Shown in pieces: positions 58,635 to 64,000 of a DNA stretch of 64,000 nucleotides. The DNA is from Octopus bimaculoides (taxonomy: Eukaryota). The stretch lies in the NCBI RefSeq assembly GCF_001194135.2, contig NC_068982.1:74111240-74175239 (forward strand). The letters run 5' to 3'. The notes below the pieces were generated by a model. That model ran no database searches and was not told the DNA's origin. It saw only the letters and a program-made list of their open reading frames with translations. Both the position numbers and the translations under genes were made by a program. Numbering within the stretch: the stretch's first letter is position 1; each line of letters begins with the position of its first letter.

Positions 58635-59536
58635 NNNNNNNNNNNNNNNNNNNNNNNNNNNNNNNNNNNNNNNNNNNNNNNNNNNNNNNNNNNNNNNNNN
58701 NNNNNNNNNNNNNNNNNNNNNNNNNNNNNNNNNNNNNNNNNNNNNNNNNNNNNNNNNNNNNNNNNNNNNNNNNNNNNNNNNNNNNNNNNNNNNNNNNNNN
58801 NNNNNNNNNNNNNNNNNNNNNNNNNNNNNNNNNNNNNNNNNNNNNNNNNNNNNNNNNNNNNNNNNNNNNNNNNNNNNNNNNNNNNNNNNNNNNNNNNNNN
58901 NNNNNNNNNNNNNNNNNNNNNNNNNNNNNNNNNNNNNNNNNNNNNNNNNNNNNNNNNNNNNNNNNNNNNNNNNNNNNNNNNNNNNNNNNNNNNNNNNNNN
59001 NNNNNNNNNNNNNNNNNNNNNNNNNNNNNNNNNNNNNNNNNNNNNNNNNNNNNNNNNNNNNNNNNNNNNNNNNNNNNNNNNNNNNNNNNNNNNNNNNNNN
59101 NNNNNNNNNNNNNNNNNNNNNNNNNNNNNNNNNNNNNNNNNNNNNNNNNNNNNNNNNNNNNNNNNNNNNNNNNNNNNNNNNNNNNNNNNNNNNNNNNNNN
59201 NNNNNNNNNNNNNNNNNNNNNNNNNNNNNNNNNNNNNNNNNNNNNNNNNNNNNNNNNNNNNNNNNNNNNNNNNNNNNNNNNNNNNNNNNNNNNNNNNNNN
59301 NNNNNNNNNNNNNNNNNNNNNNNNNNNNNNNNNNNNNNNNNNNNNNNNNNNNNNNNNNNNNNNNNNNNNNNNNNNNNNNNNNNNNNNNNNNNNNNNNNNN
59401 NNNNNNNNNNNNNNNNNNNNNNNNNNNNNNNNNNNNNNNNNNNNNNNNNNNNNNNNNNNNNNNNNNNNNNNNNNNNNNNNNNNNNNNNNNNNNNNNNNNN
59501 NNNNNNNNNNNNNNNNNNNNNNNNNNNNNNNNNNNN

Positions 59537-59800
59537 CGTAGTTCTCGGGGATATTCAGCGTGATACAGTGTGACAAAGCTGACCCTTTGAATTACAGGCA
59601 CAACAGAAACAGGAAGTAAGAGTGAGAGAAAGTTGTGGTGATAGAGTACAGCAGGGTTCGCCACCATCCCCTGCTGGAGCCTCGTGGAGCTTTAAGTGTT
59701 TTCGCTCAATAAACACTCACAACGCCCGGTCTGGAAATCGAAACCGCGATCCTATGACCGCGAGTCCGCTGCCCTAACCACTGGGCCATTGCGCCTCCAC
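59537..59800 (-). mobile_element. SINE family B (3' part lost in gap)
   Basis: Reverse complement of the family B head and body. Confidence 0.88.
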
Positions 59801-59884
59801 TATATATTAGTAAACAGACGCATGAACCAGAAACTGCTCAATAATTGTTATAGTTAGAAATTGCGGGTATTGAATTTGTATATT

Positions 59885-61035
59885 ACAGTGGGATACAACT
59901 TGGTTCATCGGAATGGGATCTTCGGCATGCACTGAAAGAGTTCGCTGCCGAGTGCTGCAAAGCAGGGATGAGAATTAGTGCTGCGAAAACTGAGACATTT
60001 CTAGCACTCCGTCGGTTAGGACGACGAGGGTTCCAGTTGATCCGACCAACGGAACAGCCTGCTCGTGAAATTAACATGCAAGTGGTTGAGCACTCCACAG
60101 ACACGTGTACCCTTAACGTAGTTCCCAGGGAAATTCAGCGTGACACAGAGTGTGACAAGGCTAGCCCTTTGAAATAAAAGTACTACACATTTTTACCAGC
60201 TGAGTGGACTGGAGTAACGTAAAATAAAGTGCTTTCCTCAAGGATACAACGCGTCACCAGGAATTGAACCCACGACTTTATGATCGTGAGCCGAATACTC
60301 TAACCACTAAGCCACGCGCCTTCACACTGAGACATTACACCTCTGAAAAAAGTCTTCGCAGTGCACTCTGCATGTTCACAGCGAAAGAGAGAAGATTAAG
60401 TATCTCAGGATCGTAGTCACGAGTGATGGGAAACAAAGGTTGAATTGGATGCTAGAATTGCAGGTGCTGGCACAGTTATGCGCAAGCCCCAGCATTCGAT
60501 CCTCAGAAGAGGAGAGGTTGGTAAAAAAAACAAAAAAAAAACGACGAACTCGCTATCTTGAAGTCGGTTTTGGTGTCTATCTTCACCTGAGGTCATGAGT
60601 GTTGAATACTGACTGGAAAGAGTGCCACCAAAATGGAGTTCTTCCGAAGCAACCAAAATGGTGTTCCTCCGAAGCGATCAAAATGAGGGTCCGCTGAAGA
60701 CTCCCAGGACTAATGTTACTCGACAGGGTGCATAGCTCGAAGACCAGGGTGTCTCTCCAGCTATAGCAGCTACTTTTCTGCATTGAGATGACACAGCTCC
60801 GGTATGATGGATATGTAATAAGAATGTCGAAGGCAAGAATCGCAGAACAGATTCTTCAAACCGAGTCAACTGGCAGGAGACCTAGAAGTAGGCCAAAAAC
60901 GAGATGGTTAGATAATATCCATAGTCTCAGTTGGTCACGCTTGGGAATCCTGCCGGAAATTACAATAACGGTTGCTTCTGTTAGGCTCCTATGGAAGAAA
61001 TGCCTGAGGACTCTACACCTTCAACCCTCTTAGAA
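59885..61035 (+). mobile_element. Decayed RTE-clade LINE fragment (second family), split by a SINE
   Basis: DLRHALKEFAAECCKAGMRISAAKTET | KYL.IVVTSDGK..LDARI...GHEC...LRYDGYVIRM...TGRRPRSRPKTRW.D.I..LSWSRLG. Confidence 0.85.
60000..60325 (-). mobile_element. CORE-type tRNA SINE with family-B 3' tail
   Basis: 11-bp TSD actgagacatt (59989-59999, 60326-60336). tRNA head plus CORE-like block (tccttgaggaaagcacttt...ctccagtccactcagctg). Confidence 0.9.
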
Positions 61036-61294
61036 ATAGTAGACGGAATGAATGATTGGCTGGCTGGCTTGCTGGCTGGCTGGCTGGCTGGCTGGCTGGT
61101 TGGAAAGGTTCTCTTGAGACTGTATGTGGTGTTTGGACGGTATCTTATTAAAGTTCCGTACCTCATTAGAAAGGAAAAAAAATGTAGTTTTCATTCATTA
61201 AATAAAAAAGCGCCACATTTTCATACAACGGTAATTACGATGTATGTCAAATGACTGAAACAAGTAAAAGAATAAAAGGATAAAAGGCACATAC

Positions 61295-61497
61295 ATACTC
61301 ACACACACGCGCATGCATACAGCTCACGAACACACACACAGCCACGCGCATGCACGCACGCACGCGCACACATACATAGGCGCGCGCGCGCATGAACACG
61401 TACGCACACACACACGCACACGCACACGCACACACACATACGCGCGCGCGCGCACATACACACACACACACACTCCCTCTGTCTCTCTCTCTGTCTC

Positions 61498-61530
<33 letters not shown>

Positions 61531-61605
61531 GTGTCTGTCTCTCTCTCTCTGTGTGTCTCTCTCTCTGTCTCTCTCTCTATGTCTCTCTCTGTCTGTCTCT
61601 CTCTC
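61295..61605. repeat. Compound microsatellite: alternating (CA/CG) tract then (CT)n
   Basis: cgcgcgcgcg at 61381 and 61441, (CACG)n, then (CT/GT)n. Confidence 0.9.
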
Positions 61606-62314
61606 AACCATTTGGTAACGTCTAATTAGAACGTTCAAAATAGCTTTAAGTCTCTTTCATATCGAATGAAGTACAATTTGTCCTAAAACTCAAGATATTT
61701 CATTGGTAATCACTTCCATGCCCAGATATTTGATACGTCAACCGAATGCACATAGCAGCCCACAAGGGTTTCCTTATCTATACGTTTATTAAACGAAATA
61801 TCTGTGACCCCCACAAAATGTGAAATCCAATGCTAATGGCATTAAGTGGAACACTAACGTCCACATTTGAACTCTTACATATAAATAAACACGTATTCAT
61901 ATCGCGTTTATTTACTCGAAATTTTAGCTTTCTTTGTTTTCACTATATATATGTATTTTCCTTTAGAGTGTGTTTTTTTTCAAAAAATTTATTTTGGTGG
62001 TCCTCAGTTTCTGTGAGATATAAGGCAATATTTAGGACGACACTATAAACAGTAATCCCCTGTTTGTTGTTACTAGGTGGGTGGTGTTGAGTTGTCATGT
62101 CGTGGCTGCCAACGATGCTTTAAATTCTGGTATCGTATAGTATTCAGTGTGTGTGTGTGTGTGTGAGCATGTATGTGCATATGTGTCTTTTATTCTTTCA
62201 CTTGTTTCCGTTATTCGGCTGCGACGTGCTGGGACACCGCCTTGAAGGGTTTCTCTACTCGAACAAATCGACCCCAAGACTCTTTTAAAGCATGACAAGT
62301 GTGTGTGTAAAGCA

Positions 62315-62335
62315 TAACCCTAACCCTAACCCTAA
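62315..62335 (-). repeat. Short interstitial telomeric repeat (TAACCC)3TAA
   Basis: Reverse complement of TTAGGG x3.5. Confidence 0.75.
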
Positions 62336-62342
62336 TATGAAG

Positions 62343-62720
62343 AACATTATCGCTCGTAAACATCACCAAAGACCCACTCTCAATTGTAATTATCGAAGCC
62401 CTGACGCTTGCCCACTCGACTAGGCCTGTATGATAAACTCCGTCGTCTTTGAGGCACATCGACAAAAGTAAAGCCACTAAGTTGGCTAACCACGTATGAT
62501 GTTTGAAGACCAACTGCACCTCACATACAATCAAGTGGAGAATTGTAGTGGAATCCGTGCCATACGTAAATAGTTGTAAGAAATGCAACTTATGCATAGT
62601 GAAAGATGGCGCATTCATTTTAGATCTAAAAATTCCATCGCATTACTTAATTCCAGATCCGAAATCTTTAGCAAATGTAAGTATATAGACAAATTTCTTT
62701 GGGCGAACTGGAGTGCACCA
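62343..62720 (+). mobile_element. Penelope-like element C-terminal (endonuclease-region) fragment
   Basis: CNYRSPDACPLD*ACMINSVVFEA...KATKLANHV*CLK...IKWRIV...Y....KKCNLC...LLNSRSEIFSKCKYIDKF. The YIG segment is deleted. Confidence 0.82.
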
Positions 62721-63180
62721 CTCTCTCCGGATTGAGCAGCTGTATCGCAAAATTTGGACCCCACTCCGTCGAATTATTCTACCACAACTAGTTTAATTAT
62801 GGCTTCTATGGTGAAGGATAGTAACTTTAATTTCTTTATTTTTCGTTTTTATTCACCATTCCAATTATTACAGCAACCTTCTCGTTTTATTTTTCTCGTG
62901 ATTACTCATGTACTAGCGTCCTGATTTTCAAATAAAATAAAGCATGTGCTCAGAGCCTGAGGTTTGCTTGGAGGTACAAGGGTTATTATAGAAACCTGCC
63001 TAACCACGTACCTTCACAGCAAGAAACTATTAGTAGCTCGTATCTTTATGCCGTGTACATCAGATGGTTATATATATATATATATATATATANNNNNNNN
63101 NNNNNNNNNNNNNNNNNNNNNNNNNNNNNNNNNNNNNNNNNNNNNNNNNNNNNNNNNNNNNNNNNNNNNNNNNNNNNNNN

Positions 63181-63254
<74 letters not shown>

Positions 63255-64000
63255 GATAGATATAGATATACATACATATATGCATGCATTCATACATACA
63301 CATGTATTCATGCATATACGCATGAACATAGTATGTAGTTATGTATGTACATACATAAGTATGTATGCATGTCAGTAAATGTATGTATGTCATTGTTCAT
63401 GTATGTATGTATGTATGTATCTCTCTCTCTCTCTCTCTCTATCTATCTCAGTTGTAGTATAAGCTCCTGTATCAACTGCACTAATATTGACCAATCTGCT
63501 GCCACTCATGACAGCAGTTTTGTTACATAATCAGAAATCGTTAACAGTTCCCAGAATTCCACACGATTTTAATTTCATAAATTAACATAAATTAACATAT
63601 TTGAATCGCTTTTTTCTTTTTCTAATGCGTATTTGAATTAAACTTACCCACATCATACATCATAACCTTTCACCCTTTCTTCATCTTGCACATCTATCAA
63701 TATAGAACTATCTACATATATATACCAATGTCTATCTATTTAGCTGTGTATTTCTTACTCCCTCCCTCTTTCTCCTCTCTCTCTCTCTCTCTCCCTCAAT
63801 TTCTCCGCCCCTTCTTTCACTCACTCTCCTCTCACTGTCTTCGCACCCTTCCAACGCTTTCCATGTCTATTTCTCCCCCTTCATTTATCTTTCTCTCCCC
63901 TCCGCTCTTTTTGTCTCCTCCCCTTTTTTCACTCAATCTCCTCTTACCTTCCTCTTACGTTCATCCTCCTAATGCTTTTCATTCCTTTCTTCCCGATCTC

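Larger units (their letters stand above)
2459..63180. other. Assembly gaps: 2459-2680, 19935-20619, 21669-22188, 36090-36536, 37730-38014, 39074-39515, 47983-48832, 55043-55156, 57622-57711, 58635-59536, 63093-63180
   Basis: N runs, most of them abutting microsatellites or repeats. Confidence 0.98.

Noticed and set aside
62950-63005. ctgagg...gaaac hammerhead-like spacing after the Penelope fragment
   Set aside because: The core is not CUGANGA and stems cannot be built

Overview
Eukaryotic, AT-rich, gapped draft-assembly DNA. The SINE and RTE repeat families look like those of an octopus (coleoid cephalopod), which is an inference from repeat recognition. Positions 1-39.7 kb lie inside one + strand gene, the cohesin-loader subunit MAU2/Scc4. 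Sixteen coding exons (7953-39743, 510 aa plus stop) splice in frame with AG/GT boundaries; the N-terminal exons lie upstream of the window or in a gap. The rest is repeat DNA: three tRNA-head SINE families, a CORE-type SINE, RTE, CR1 and Penelope fragments, two Tc1/mariner copies, a Tigger/pogo relic, hAT- and piggyBac-type MITEs, fold-back elements, microsatellites and 11 N gaps. The strongest leads are: (1) a TSD-flanked fold-back element carrying a decayed minimal hammerhead ribozyme in a MAU2 intron; (2) a candidate 45-nt in-frame MAU2 cassette exon adding an RRLS motif; (3) a probable U12 (minor-spliceosome) acceptor; (4) a sharp CpG-depleted to CpG-rich boundary at ~46.1 kb with divergent donor sites; (5) several short locally templated duplications. 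All identity values and counts were done by eye.
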